This document shows, one piece after another, positions 17,783 to 27,625 of a stretch of 64,000 nucleotides of DNA. Origin of the DNA: Chloroflexota bacterium (GTDB lineage Bacteria > Chloroflexota > Dehalococcoidia > Lucifugimonadales > Lucifugimonadaceae); NCBI GenBank assembly GCA_027623655.1, contig JAQBVG010000001.1, positions 9,817-73,816 of the forward strand. The letters run 5' to 3'. The translations under genes were made by a program, and so were the position numbers. A model generated the notes under the pieces. The model searched no databases. It worked only from the letters and a program-made list of their open reading frames with translations, and had not been told where the DNA came from. Within the stretch, counting starts at the first letter, position 1; each line of letters begins with the position of its first letter.

Positions 17783-18915
17783 CCGTATCGAGTACCGCGT
17801 ATAGTCTGAGCCAGGTGCAAAAAATCTCTAAAAACGCAAATATTGACCTGAATTCCGTACGAAGGCGCCTTGAGCAGCGCGAAGAACTGCTTTCACCGTA
17901 CGCGGTCCGCTCGATCGACGCGGTTCGAGTCGTCACGGAGCAGCCGTCGCCGGTACGCACTGCGTTCCAGCGTGACCGGGACCGGGTAGTGCACACGAAC
18001 TCGTTCAGACGGCTCAAGCACAAAAGCCAGGTTTTTGTCGCGCCGGTCGGTGATCACTTCACGACGCGCCTGACACACGTGATAGAGGTTTCACAGGTGG
18101 GCAGGACGATCGCCAGGGGACTGAATCTCAACGAGGACCTGGTAGAGGCAATCGGACTCGGGCATGACCTGGGGCACACGCCGTTCGGCCATATCGGCGA
18201 GGGAGTCCTGAACCAGCTACTCCCCGGGGGATTTCATCACAGTCGCCATTCGGTTCGCCTGGTAACAGTGTTGGAGAAAGATGGCAGAGGTCTGAACCTG
18301 ACAGAGCACGTCGTTGACGGCATCAAGAACCACTCGAAACCTGAAGGCGAGTTTCTGTCGCAAAACGCAGTAGAGAATCTTTCGCTCGAAGCCCAGATAG
18401 TCAGGGTTTCCGACGCCCTGGCCTACCTGGCCCACGATATTCTCGACGCACTCCGCTCTGATTACATCAAGATAACCGATCTTCCAGTTGACGCGGTCGA
18501 GGCTCTCGGTGAGCGTCATTCTCAGCGGGTCAATTCGGTTGTCCAGGACGTGATCGAGTCTTCCTGGGACTGCACCGGTGAAATCGAATCGGAAGATGGC
18601 ATCAAGCCGTGGATTCGAATGTCGGACGAACTCGGCAGGATCGTCACCGATTTACGTGTTTTCATGTTCGAACGCTTCTATCACCCCATCAGTAATTCGG
18701 TTGAGGGTCGGAAGGCCGCGGCGATAGTGGGGGTGCTGTTTGAACACTTCAACCGGAGTCCGGAATTGATCCCGAAACGGTTGTTCGAAATTTCTGGCTC
18801 GGCAGAACTCGCTGCTGCTGACTTCGTTTGCGGTATGACCGATAACTTTGCATTGATGATGGCAGAACAGATCAAACCCGGCCTCAGCAACGGCGTGTTC
18901 CAGGGCCGCATCTAG
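17779..18915 (+). CDS. dGTPase-like HD-domain triphosphohydrolase
   Basis: RTAFQRDRDRVVHTNSFRRLKHKSQVF, TRLTHVIEVSQV and GHDLGHTPFGH motifs. Confidence 0.85.
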   Translation: MTVSSTAYSLSQVQKISKNANIDLNSVRRRLEQREELLSPYAVRSIDAVRVVTEQPSPVRTAFQRDRDRVVHTNSFRRLKHKSQVFVAPVGDHFTTRLTHVIEVSQVGRTIARGLNLNEDLVEAIGLGHDLGHTPFGHIGEGVLNQLLPGGFHHSRHSVRLVTVLEKDGRGLNLTEHVVDGIKNHSKPEGEFLSQNAVENLSLEAQIVRVSDALAYLAHDILDALRSDYIKITDLPVDAVEALGERHSQRVNSVVQDVIESSWDCTGEIESEDGIKPWIRMSDELGRIVTDLRVFMFERFYHPISNSVEGRKAAAIVGVLFEHFNRSPELIPKRLFEISGSAELAAADFVCGMTDNFALMMAEQIKPGLSNGVFQGRI

Positions 18916-19076
18916 AAATAGCCAGAAATCACCACGGCCGGTGGTGCGCGCGAAAAATACTCTCCGTATACTCGCTCCACGGTTATTCTTATCCGATTCC
19001 GTGTGGAGGTGTCGAGCGTGACATCGGCCCCGGACTTCGTGACCGCATCCTTCAGGATGACCAGAGATTCAACGAC

Positions 19077-20900
19077 ATGGCGCTGGTAGACGATGTAAAA
19101 AGCCGGTCAGACATCGTTCAGGTCGTTTCAGATTATGTCGACCTCGATGCTTCGTCGCGCCAACCGAAAGGCCTGTGCCCGTTCCATTCTGAGCGTACGC
19201 CTTCGTTCGTACTCGATCCAGAGTCCGGGAGTTGGCGTTGCTTCGGATCATGTGCAGACGGCGGCGATGTCATCTCCTTCATGATGAAGCGGGAGAATAT
19301 GTCGTTTGTCGAGGCGCTGGAACATCTTGCAAACCGTGCGGGCATCAAGGTTGAAGAGCGCAAAAATGAACCCCGGAAGAAACCGATCACCGGTCTGATC
19401 GAAGCCAACGAAATAGCCGCGGAGTATTTCATTTCAAGGCTCAAGGCACCGGTTGGCGAGAAAACCCGAAACTACCTGTCGGACCGTGGCATCGACACAG
19501 ACGCCTCGGTGCGTCGGGGCGTAGGACTTGCACCAGACGGGATGGAGACCCTGGCGGGACATCTGCGTACGAAGAACGTTCAGGCGAAGACGGCCAGGGA
19601 TGCAGGGCTAATCGCCCGTAACGAAGATGGCTCGTGGCGGGACATGTTCCGCGGGCGATTAACAATCGAAATACGCGATTCCAGAGATCGGATAATCGGC
19701 TTTGGGGCTCGGACCCTGGACGGGTCCGAACCGAAATATTTGAACACCCCTCAGACCGATGCATTCGAAAAATCCTCGGTGCTGTACGGGCTAAACTGGG
19801 CGGCCGATTCGATCCGTGATTCGAACGAAGCGATTGTGGTCGAGGGCTACATGGACGTGATCGCCGCCCACGAGCATGGGTTCACGAACGTTGTTGCCTC
19901 TATGGGAACAGCTGTCACCGGTCGGCAACTTGACTTGCTGGCCAGGCATGCCGGCTCCACGGGCAGCGGAGGATCTGGCGGTAAGACCGGTTCTATCGTG
20001 TTGTGTCTGGACTCGGACGCTGCTGGAGAGGCTGCCACAATGCGCGCCCTCGAAGGGGTGACGGCCGAGCTCAGCGCTGGACGTCGTCGGGGAATCGAAG
20101 TGAAGGTTGCGAGGCCCGACGGCGGAAAAGATCCAGACGAGGCGATTCGATCTGACCCGGACAAGTGGCGCATGTCGCTCAACAAAGCTGTGCCGCTCCT
20201 TGAATATTTGATAATTGCCAAGTCAAAGCTTTACAACCTGGAATCTGGCCAAGGAATCGCCGATTTTGCAAACGACGTAGCGCCGCTGATCTACAACGTC
20301 CCAAACGACTATGACCGAGATCGTCACTGGGCCCGCACGGCGAGTTTGGCCGGGGTAAGCGAGCAAAGGCTGAAAACCATCGTGGACAGGCCCAGGGGAC
20401 GGTCTCGCCGGCCGGGCAGCAGATTCGGGAATCGGCCCGGTTCAAGCATTTCATCGGCGCAGATTGGCGCAGCGCTCGAATCGTCTGCCGGTGACGCCCT
20501 CGAAGAACATCTTCTTGCGCTAATACTGCAACTGGACGACCTGCGCGAGTATGCCGTCGCGATGCCAGCCGAGTTTTTCCATCACTCGGACAATCGAGCA
20601 TTGTTTACGGCATGGCAATCGTCGTCTACACTCGGCGGACTTTCGGAAGGGCTGGGCATCGATTTAACGGAAAAGGTGCACCGACTCGCCGAACGTGTGC
20701 TTCCTCCGTCGAACCAGGCTCGACACGTGGAAGATGTCACCCAGTGTGTGAAGCGGATGAGGGAACGACACTTCAGGCTAATCAAAGAGCTCGAATCCGA
20801 GCAGTTGAAGCAACTGGGTGGTGATGAGGCGAAAGAGCTTCTGGAGCACTCGCTTCTGTCGAACGAAAATCTTCGTAGAGTTATGACAGGACGGCCGTAG
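19077..20900 (+). CDS. dnaG: DNA primase
   Basis: [11 protein letters not shown]...CFGC zinc finger, the EGYMDV TOPRIM motif and DSDAAG. Confidence 0.95.
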   Translation: MALVDDVKSRSDIVQVVSDYVDLDASSRQPKGLCPFHSERTPSFVLDPESGSWRCFGSCADGGDVISFMMKRENMSFVEALEHLANRAGIKVEERKNEPRKKPITGLIEANEIAAEYFISRLKAPVGEKTRNYLSDRGIDTDASVRRGVGLAPDGMETLAGHLRTKNVQAKTARDAGLIARNEDGSWRDMFRGRLTIEIRDSRDRIIGFGARTLDGSEPKYLNTPQTDAFEKSSVLYGLNWAADSIRDSNEAIVVEGYMDVIAAHEHGFTNVVASMGTAVTGRQLDLLARHAGSTGSGGSGGKTGSIVLCLDSDAAGEAATMRALEGVTAELSAGRRRGIEVKVARPDGGKDPDEAIRSDPDKWRMSLNKAVPLLEYLIIAKSKLYNLESGQGIADFANDVAPLIYNVPNDYDRDRHWARTASLAGVSEQRLKTIVDRPRGRSRRPGSRFGNRPGSSISSAQIGAALESSAGDALEEHLLALILQLDDLREYAVAMPAEFFHHSDNRALFTAWQSSSTLGGLSEGLGIDLTEKVHRLAERVLPPSNQARHVEDVTQCVKRMRERHFRLIKELESEQLKQLGGDEAKELLEHSLLSNENLRRVMTGRP

Positions 20901-20902
20901 CG

Positions 20903-22441
20903 ATGGCACGATCCATTGGCCCAACCGAGAACGAAGACCAACTCCAGGACCTTGTAGTTTCGGGAGGTCTCCTGCTGGCGAGCACCAGCAAGGACCTCGA
21001 AGGCGACGAAATCGAAGATGACGACACCGATGAGCGTGTCGCCCCGGCGGTGCTGCGATCGGCTGCCATAGCCGCAAGCGTGTCTGAACTTGAAACCTGG
21101 GATTCGAAGCAATCGGAAGGATTCGCTTCACTTAATTTCAACCCCTCAGTCGAAGATTCAGAAATCTCCGATGACCCTGTCCGAATGTACCTGCGCGAAA
21201 TTGGGCGTGTGGGCTTGCTTACCGCAGAGGACGAACGTTTTCTTGCGAAGGGCATGGAGATGTCGCAGCGACTTGCCGACATCCAGGCAGAATTTGCGGC
21301 CAAAACTGGTCGTACACCTTCCGCTTCTGACACCACCCTCGAACTGCTCAGCCGTGTCGGTGCGCAGCACGAAGTTGTTGCCGCAGTCGCTGGCTTTATA
21401 GGTCTTCCCAGAGACGTGACCCTGGGCACTTTGCTCGGTGTTGCAGACCTGAGAGAGTTGATAGACGGCCCTCACAACGAGGCACTTCTGGCATTCCTTT
21501 CTGACGCGTTCAATTGCGAACTGGAACAGGCGCAGGAGATGGTTAGGGATCTGTCGATCAATTCATCTCTGATCTCCCCGGAAACGCTCGATGCTCTCGA
21601 TGACGATCCACGAATCGATACTCTGGCAACGAAGTCAACCAGTCGAGCGTACCGACAACAACTGATCGTTTACGAATTCCTTCTCGGGGCCTTCTTTTCA
21701 AAAATCAAGAGAGAGGGTGAGAGATCGGAACGTCATCTTGCCGAAGCGAACCTTCGGTTGGTCGTTTCCGTCGCGAAGAAGTACATCGGCCGTGGGATGT
21801 CGTTGCTTGACCTGATCCAGGAAGGCAATATTGGGTTGATCCGCGCGGTTGAGAAGTTCGACTACCGCAAGGGATACAAGTTCAGCACATACGCCACGTG
21901 GTGGATTCGCCAGGCGATTACCCGCTCCATAGCGGATCAGGCAAGGACGATACGAATCCCCGTCCACATGGTTGAGACGATCAACAAACTGCTACGGGTG
22001 AGCCGCCGTCTTGTCCAGGAATATGGTCGTGAACCAACCTCCGAGGAGATTGGCCGGGACATGGAGATGCCGGCAGACCGAGTGGCGGAAATACTCAAAA
22101 TCTCTCAGGAGCCAATCTCTCTGGAAACTCCAATCGGAGAAGAGGAAGACTCTGCACTGGGGGACTTCATCCAGGACAACAACACGCAGGCGCCAGCCGA
22201 CGCAGTTTCGTATCAGCTGTTGAAAGAGCAGGTTGACGATGTGCTCGGCTCGATTAGCCAGAAAGAGCGACGAGTACTGCAACTGCGATTCGGTCTTGAG
22301 GACGGACGGAGTCGCACACTCGAAGAAGTCGGACGCGAGTTCGGAGTCACAAGGGAACGAATCCGGCAGATCGAGGCAAAAGCCCTCCGAAAACTGCGTC
22401 ACCCTACCCGGTCGAAGAAACTTCGAGATTTCCTCGAGTAG
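20903..22441 (+). CDS. rpoD: Primary RNA polymerase sigma factor (sigma-70)
   Basis: Acidic N-terminal region. Region 2 reads [37 protein letters not shown], and region 4 reads [20 protein letters not shown]. It directly follows dnaG (classical operon). Confidence 0.95.
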   Translation: MARSIGPTENEDQLQDLVVSGGLLLASTSKDLEGDEIEDDDTDERVAPAVLRSAAIAASVSELETWDSKQSEGFASLNFNPSVEDSEISDDPVRMYLREIGRVGLLTAEDERFLAKGMEMSQRLADIQAEFAAKTGRTPSASDTTLELLSRVGAQHEVVAAVAGFIGLPRDVTLGTLLGVADLRELIDGPHNEALLAFLSDAFNCELEQAQEMVRDLSINSSLISPETLDALDDDPRIDTLATKSTSRAYRQQLIVYEFLLGAFFSKIKREGERSERHLAEANLRLVVSVAKKYIGRGMSLLDLIQEGNIGLIRAVEKFDYRKGYKFSTYATWWIRQAITRSIADQARTIRIPVHMVETINKLLRVSRRLVQEYGREPTSEEIGRDMEMPADRVAEILKISQEPISLETPIGEEEDSALGDFIQDNNTQAPADAVSYQLLKEQVDDVLGSISQKERRVLQLRFGLEDGRSRTLEEVGREFGVTRERIRQIEAKALRKLRHPTRSKKLRDFLE

Positions 22442-22480
22442 TTCGTTCGGCGTTCGAGAACGTTCGCTGCCAAATCACCC

Positions 22481-23320
22481 ATGCCTGAAGCCCCTGATTT
22501 AGTTGTCATTCGGGAGTACCTGTTGCCGCGCCTGGTCGGCGACGAGATCGTCGGGCCGACGGAGCGAAAACCGCTTGTTTTGCGGAACATGCTCGCTTCG
22601 GCAGCGACCACACCGTTCGAAACCGATATCGCGGACCGACGGGTTGAGTCACTCGAACGCAAGGGCAAACTACTCATTGCCGGATTGTCTGGTGGTCGCG
22701 AACTGGTAATCAGCCCGATGCTTACTGGCGGATTGATGTGGAGCGAACCGTCGACTCGCGTCATGGCGACGACAGTTCTTATCTTCGACATGAAATCGGG
22801 AATGCAATTGAGATACATCGACCAGAAAAAGATGGGCCAGGTCCACTATCTGGCGCCCGATCAGCGGGGCGATATCGTGCGGCTCGAAAACCAGGGTCCC
22901 GACGTGATCGACGAGCCGTTGTCTTTTGAAGAGTTCAAAAATTGTTTGAAGCCATTCAGAGGAGAAGTCAAAGGCGTCCTGACGCGCGGAGGACTCGTGT
23001 CCGGCATCGGCAACGCCTACGCGGACGAGATTCTTCACGAGGCCATGATTTACCCGTTCAAGAAGGCAAGCCGGTTATCGGACGATGAACTCAGCTCGCT
23101 TCACCGGGCTGTCTATTCTGTACCCCTGGCCGCTGTCGAAGTGCTTAGAGATCGGGTGGGAGACCAGATTCACAGGAAAGTGCGGGATTTCCTGAGGGTA
23201 CACGGCAAGCAAGGCCAGTCCTGCCCGAGGTGTGGGAGCCGTATAACAGCGATTACCGCGAACAAACGTGAAACGAACTACTGCCGAAACTGCCAGCCCG
23301 GATTTCTGTTCGATAAATAA
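22481..23320 (+). CDS. Fpg/Nei-family DNA glycosylase / AP lyase
   Basis: N-terminal MPE (catalytic Pro2/Glu3), an H2TH region (GIGNAYADEILH) and a C-terminal CPRCG...CRNCQ zinc finger. Confidence 0.85.
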   Translation: MPEAPDLVVIREYLLPRLVGDEIVGPTERKPLVLRNMLASAATTPFETDIADRRVESLERKGKLLIAGLSGGRELVISPMLTGGLMWSEPSTRVMATTVLIFDMKSGMQLRYIDQKKMGQVHYLAPDQRGDIVRLENQGPDVIDEPLSFEEFKNCLKPFRGEVKGVLTRGGLVSGIGNAYADEILHEAMIYPFKKASRLSDDELSSLHRAVYSVPLAAVEVLRDRVGDQIHRKVRDFLRVHGKQGQSCPRCGSRITAITANKRETNYCRNCQPGFLFDK

Positions 23321-23465
23321 TGGAGTGAATGCATAATAAGTAAATACATATCAATATTGCCCTGTTCTGTCTTGCACTGCTACGATGAAAGAGTTGAGCC
23401 GACTGAATTTTGTCTTCGTCTGACCATTACGACCACGGCTTCAAAGGTGAAAGACCGACCTACCA

Positions 23466-23768
23466 ATGACATCCACCGAGACGATTACACTAATAAAAGA
23501 CATCGCAGTCATCGTTTTTCTGGTGTTCACGACGTTCGTTATCGTATTCGGCTCGCTACTCGGGATCCGGCTCTACTGGCGGGTCGGTCGATTTATGGAC
23601 CGGATGGAACGATTCACCGACGGGTTCGAGGCGGCGTTCGGAAACGTCGCCACAGCACGTAAGGCATTGCGCCCGGTAGTGCGCGGGTTGGGTCTGATGG
23701 GCTTGTCCCGTGGCATCGGCCGATTCTTCGGACACGAATCATCGGACCTGGAAAAAGAGAGACGTTAG
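23466..23768 (+). CDS. Small membrane protein, unknown function
   Basis: 100 aa with one clear TM helix (IAVIVFLVFTTFVIVFGSLLGI). No recognisable family. Confidence 0.4.
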   Translation: MTSTETITLIKDIAVIVFLVFTTFVIVFGSLLGIRLYWRVGRFMDRMERFTDGFEAAFGNVATARKALRPVVRGLGLMGLSRGIGRFFGHESSDLEKERR

Positions 23769-23816
23769 ATCTCATGCGTCTGTACCTGATTTCATGCCGC
23801 ATGCGAGAGGTGTGCA

Positions 23817-24098
23817 ATGGCTGATAGCGAGAAAAGTGGCGGCGGGTTCCTGCTGGGACTGCTGATGGGAGGAATCGGCGGTTTCGTCGCCGGAATGATT
23901 TTGGCGCCGAAATCGGGTGAAGAGACTCGTGCGTTCATACTCGACCAGAGTCGCGAGTGGCGTGATAAGGCTGACGAACTTACTTCGGCTACACGAGAAC
24001 GGCTTGCGAAGGCTGCGGATGAAGGTAGACGAGCAGCATCGGAAATGCGAGACGACGACACCTTCGACGATCTCGATCTTGACGATGAAGATCTTTAG
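23817..24098 (+). CDS. YtxH-domain protein
   Basis: GGFLLGLLMGGIGGFVAGMILAPKSGEETR followed by a charged helical tail. GAGAGG lies upstream of the ATG. Confidence 0.65.
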   Translation: MADSEKSGGGFLLGLLMGGIGGFVAGMILAPKSGEETRAFILDQSREWRDKADELTSATRERLAKAADEGRRAASEMRDDDTFDDLDLDDEDL

Positions 24099-24116
24099 CC
24101 CTGCCAGACAGGGTGA

Positions 24117-24959
24117 CTACCTGACGGACAGGCCCTGTGCGATCGGATAGGTGCCGAGCACTTTGAAGGTCGAAGTGAATTTCTTCAGTTCGGCGATGGC
24201 CTCCCCGACATGTTGTTCATCGACGTGACCTTCGAAATCGAGCAGGAATATGTAGTTGCCCATCCCCTTCCCGGTTGGGCGGGATTCGATTTTCGTAAGG
24301 TTGATCCCCCTGTCGGCAAATGGCCTCAGCGCTCCGTATACCAGGCCGGGAGCATCCGGGCGATCAAAGTCGAACGCTATCGATGTTTTGTCATTGCCGG
24401 TCGGCTTGCTGCCATTCGAGGCGAGGACCGCGAATCTGGTGACGTTGTCCTGACGATCCTGAATACCGTGCGCCAGGATTGGCAACCCTGCGAGCTCGGC
24501 CGATCTGCGCGGCCCGATCGCGGCAGTACGGTCGTCGGCCTCCTTCAGTTCGACGACGGCAAGTGCGGTGCTGGTCGTCGGTATTAGTTCGGCGAACCGT
24601 AACTCTCGAGCCAGGAACTTCCTGCACTGCGTCAGTGCTTCCTGCTTCGACATCACAACCCGAATGTCGCCAAGTTGGACGCCGGGTCTTGTGATCAGGC
24701 AGTGGTCTATTGGAAGTAAGATTTCGCCGTTTATCTGAGCCTTTTTGGACGTGATGAGGAAATCGACAATCTCGATCACAGTGCCGCCGAGTGAATTTTC
24801 AATCGGGACTACGGCCTCGTCGACCTGTCCGGTTTCAAGGGCACTTGTTACGAGAGCGAGTGAGGCAAAAGGAATACGGTCGGCATCGGGCGCATAGAGG
24901 TAGCTGGCCTCATCCGTATAGGTCCCTTCTGGTCCAAGGAAAGCGACAGTCTTGGTCAC
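24117..24959 (-). CDS. pheA: Prephenate dehydratase
   Basis: VAFLGPEGTYT, the IENS..G motif, TRF, and a C-terminal ACT domain (IESRP). GTG 24959 is preferred because it lies 2 nt after the upstream TAG. Confidence 0.9.
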   Translation of the reverse strand: MTKTVAFLGPEGTYTDEASYLYAPDADRIPFASLALVTSALETGQVDEAVVPIENSLGGTVIEIVDFLITSKKAQINGEILLPIDHCLITRPGVQLGDIRVVMSKQEALTQCRKFLARELRFAELIPTTSTALAVVELKEADDRTAAIGPRRSAELAGLPILAHGIQDRQDNVTRFAVLASNGSKPTGNDKTSIAFDFDRPDAPGLVYGALRPFADRGINLTKIESRPTGKGMGNYIFLLDFEGHVDEQHVGEAIAELKKFTSTFKVLGTYPIAQGLSVR

Positions 24960-24961
24960 GG

Positions 24962-25627
24962 CTACCTCAATTCTGTGAGTACTTCCCACAACTCGGCTGT
25001 GGAATTCGTCGGAGAGAGCGCGACTATCTCGTCTTCTCCCTGTATTACAACGTTGCCGTCGGGAATCTTGGCCCGACCGTCCGCGGAAACCACGAGCACA
25101 ACGGTCGTACCGTACGGCAGGGTTATTTCAGATAGCTTTCTTCCGATCATGGCTCCAGCAGTCGGCAGTTTTACCGCCACGAGTTCCTGCGATCGATCGG
25201 CCAGTGGCATCAGTCTGATGAGCGGATGGGCCGGCAGTGCTGTTGCCAGATTGGAGAGCACAAGATCGGTGGCACTGACAACCAGATCAATTCCGACCAG
25301 GTCGAACAACTGTGCATTTTCGGGGGAGTGCGCTACGGCGATCGTACGAGGGACATCGAAGTTATATTTCGCTAATTGACAGGCCGCCAGATTGTCTTCG
25401 TCGGCGTCGGTGACGGCAATGATGGCCCCTGCGCGTGCCGCACCGGCATCCCTCAGCGCCCTGACCGATGTTGCATCGCCAACAGTCGCGATCATACCCA
25501 GTTCACGCTGTAACGCGGACACCTTGTCGGGGTCGCGATCAAGCACGAACACCTCGTGACCTTCATTGATCAGAGACGACGCAAGAGGTGCGCCGACTTT
25601 TCCACCACCGACAATTACCAGGTACAA
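24962..25627 (-). CDS. TrkA/KtrA-type RCK protein (TrkA-N + TrkA-C)
   Basis: VIVGGGKVG Rossmann motif at the N-terminus and a C-terminal TrkA-C-like domain. Confidence 0.8.
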   Translation of the reverse strand: MYLVIVGGGKVGAPLASSLINEGHEVFVLDRDPDKVSALQRELGMIATVGDATSVRALRDAGAARAGAIIAVTDADEDNLAACQLAKYNFDVPRTIAVAHSPENAQLFDLVGIDLVVSATDLVLSNLATALPAHPLIRLMPLADRSQELVAVKLPTAGAMIGRKLSEITLPYGTTVVLVVSADGRAKIPDGNVVIQGEDEIVALSPTNSTAELWEVLTELR

Positions 25628-25634
25628 CTGTTTT

Positions 25635-26051
25635 CTACCGTTTCTCGGTCATCAGTTCTACCAGTTGATCGCTGGCAAGAGCCGCTTTGTTAATGGTCTT
25701 GATCCCAAGTGTGTCGTACAGAGCTCGCGCTCCCTCGTCCTTGACCGCAGTCATCACAAGATCGACCCGGTAGATAACTTTCGCTCTCTGTGCGGCCAGA
25801 CCGTTGAGCGAATCCTTCTCGGTCGCGGCTATGAATACGTCGGCAGAACTAATGCCCGCGGCTACCATCGCGGGCGCGGAAGAGCCGTCACCGTAAATCA
25901 CGGTCATTGCTCCGGAATCGACACGACCGCGCGGGAGCAGCGATACCGCAGCCGAGTTTTTCTCGATCACAGTAATAGCGTGACCCTGATCGCTCAGTTT
26001 GCGTGCGAGCGATGAGCCAAGATTACCGGCTCCTACAATGATGATGTTCAT
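25635..26051 (-). CDS. TrkA-N (NAD-binding) domain protein
   Basis: MNIIIVGAGNLGSSLA Rossmann motif. At 138 aa it contains only the N domain. Confidence 0.7.
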   Translation of the reverse strand: MNIIIVGAGNLGSSLARKLSDQGHAITVIEKNSAAVSLLPRGRVDSGAMTVIYGDGSSAPAMVAAGISSADVFIAATEKDSLNGLAAQRAKVIYRVDLVMTAVKDEGARALYDTLGIKTINKAALASDQLVELMTEKR

Positions 26052-26092
26052 TCAGGTGATTTTCCTGATTGATAGTTGTTCTGGCTGTCGAT

Positions 26093-26572
26093 TCAACTGA
26101 CTCTCGATGCTCGGCCGTTTCTGGCCGTCCGGTTGGCAAGCCGAGCCGTGCCGCTTCGTTCACGCCACAAAATTACATCACAGGGGGCGTGCTCAAGTAT
26201 GTAGGGAACATCGTTGCCAAGCGAAAACGAACCGTACTCGGTACGGTATGACGTTCCTATAACAATAGCGTCAGCATCACGCACTATCGCCTCATGGACG
26301 ACTGCCGGGCCTATTTCACGAGCCTGCAGCAATTGTGAATCGATATTACTTCGAGGAAGCCTGGCGAGACGTTCCGAGCGATGCAGCACCTGCTCACCAC
26401 GTGCGATCTGGTCTTCGATCTCAGCGTCGAGCGGGAGCGACCTCTGGACCTTTATTACATAGATCACGTAGAGATGGCCGTGTTCTTCCCTCACGATGTC
26501 CGCCGCGCGCGAGACCGTGTTGATGTCGGATGGATCGTCGGTGACGACCGCTATAACTCGGTTGAATGGCAT
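26093..26572 (-). CDS. Universal stress protein family
   Basis: 159 aa with the UspA pattern, including a C-terminal G.S.....G....lGn....il....cdVl. Confidence 0.7.
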   Translation of the reverse strand: MPFNRVIAVVTDDPSDINTVSRAADIVREEHGHLYVIYVIKVQRSLPLDAEIEDQIARGEQVLHRSERLARLPRSNIDSQLLQAREIGPAVVHEAIVRDADAIVIGTSYRTEYGSFSLGNDVPYILEHAPCDVILWRERSGTARLANRTARNGRASRVS

Positions 26573-26624
26573 GATTCTAAATTAGAGCCAGTCGGTTCCG
26601 TAACTCGTCGTAACCCTCCACGGG

Positions 26625-27287
26625 TCAACTGGTAATCCGATTGACCAGTTCGTCAGGTCCCGCAAATACGAGGACATCACCGGCTCGCAGGCGCTCTTCT
26701 GAATCAGGGCTTAGCGTTATGTCTTCGCCACGTTTCAGAGCCACGATTGCGATTCCATACTTGTCCCGTGCGCTCGAGAAGCCGGCTTCTTCGAGGGTCA
26801 TATTTGTAAATCGATCCGGGACGGGCAATCGACTGATCCCAAACGCCTCGGCAAGCTCCATGTACTCCTCGACATCGGGGTTGAAAAGGCTATGGGCGAG
26901 CCTTATTCCCATTTCCTCTTCTGCATGGACTACCCGGTGGCACCCGAGTCTCCGGAGGGTATTGCCGTGCAGTTCACTGTGGGCCCGGGCGATGATGAAC
27001 GGGATATTCATGGTCTGGAACAGCACGCTTACCATGATGCTCGCTTCGATATTGGAGCCTATGCCTACGATGCCGATGTCGAAGTTGTGAACTCCAAGTT
27101 CTCGCAACACTGCCTCGTGCGTGGCATCGCCAGCAACCGGGTAGGTCACCTCACCCATGAGGTTTTGAACCCGTTCTTCGTTGATATCCAGTGCCATCAC
27201 ATCGTGGCCGAGTTGGTACAGCGTTCGGGCGACGTTACCGCCAAAACGACCGAGACCAACTACGACAACCTGCTGCTTAGATTTCAT
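26625..27287 (-). CDS. TrkA/KtrA-type RCK protein (TrkA-N + TrkA-C)
   Basis: VVVVGLGRFGGNVA Rossmann motif and a C-terminal TrkA-C domain. The ATG at 27287 (MKSKQQ) is preferred to the track start at 27320. Confidence 0.8.
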   Translation of the reverse strand: MKSKQQVVVVGLGRFGGNVARTLYQLGHDVMALDINEERVQNLMGEVTYPVAGDATHEAVLRELGVHNFDIGIVGIGSNIEASIMVSVLFQTMNIPFIIARAHSELHGNTLRRLGCHRVVHAEEEMGIRLAHSLFNPDVEEYMELAEAFGISRLPVPDRFTNMTLEEAGFSSARDKYGIAIVALKRGEDITLSPDSEERLRAGDVLVFAGPDELVNRITS

Positions 27288-27625
27288 ATTGTTTCGAGGA
27301 CCGCGCTCTCCCCGGTGCAATTCAAATACACGGTAACGTTACACGGAATCGCTATCCGATACCGACGTTAAGCGATCGCCCATCCATTCTACTCGCGGGC
27401 TGACCACCGGACACATAACCCCAGTAACATGGAACAACGTTGTAGCTTCTTGAACCAGTGTCGCGACGGTACTCGTTCGACTCCAAATATCGCTGTCAGC
27501 TGATAATCAGGCTTACCGGCTACCGTGTCGCATTAGGTTGCATGAGCCGATCAAGTTCGTCACAGTAACTATCGGGTTTTGCCTTCGTCCATTTAGAACC
27601 TAGTTCCAGAGGCACAGGAAACAGA

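Noticed and set aside
23466-24098. ORFs 23466..23768 and 23817..24098 share a frame; tested for another TGA read-through
   Set aside because: The gap contains a TAG and then a TGA with no protein continuity, and the second ORF has its own GAGAGG ribosome-binding site. They are two separate small genes.
27321-27625. Possible folate/SAM/ZTP-type riboswitch in the 300-nt leader of the metF-like gene
   Set aside because: I could not recognise the conserved cores of THF, SAH, SAM or ZTP (pfl) motifs. This needs an Rfam scan, so it is not claimed.
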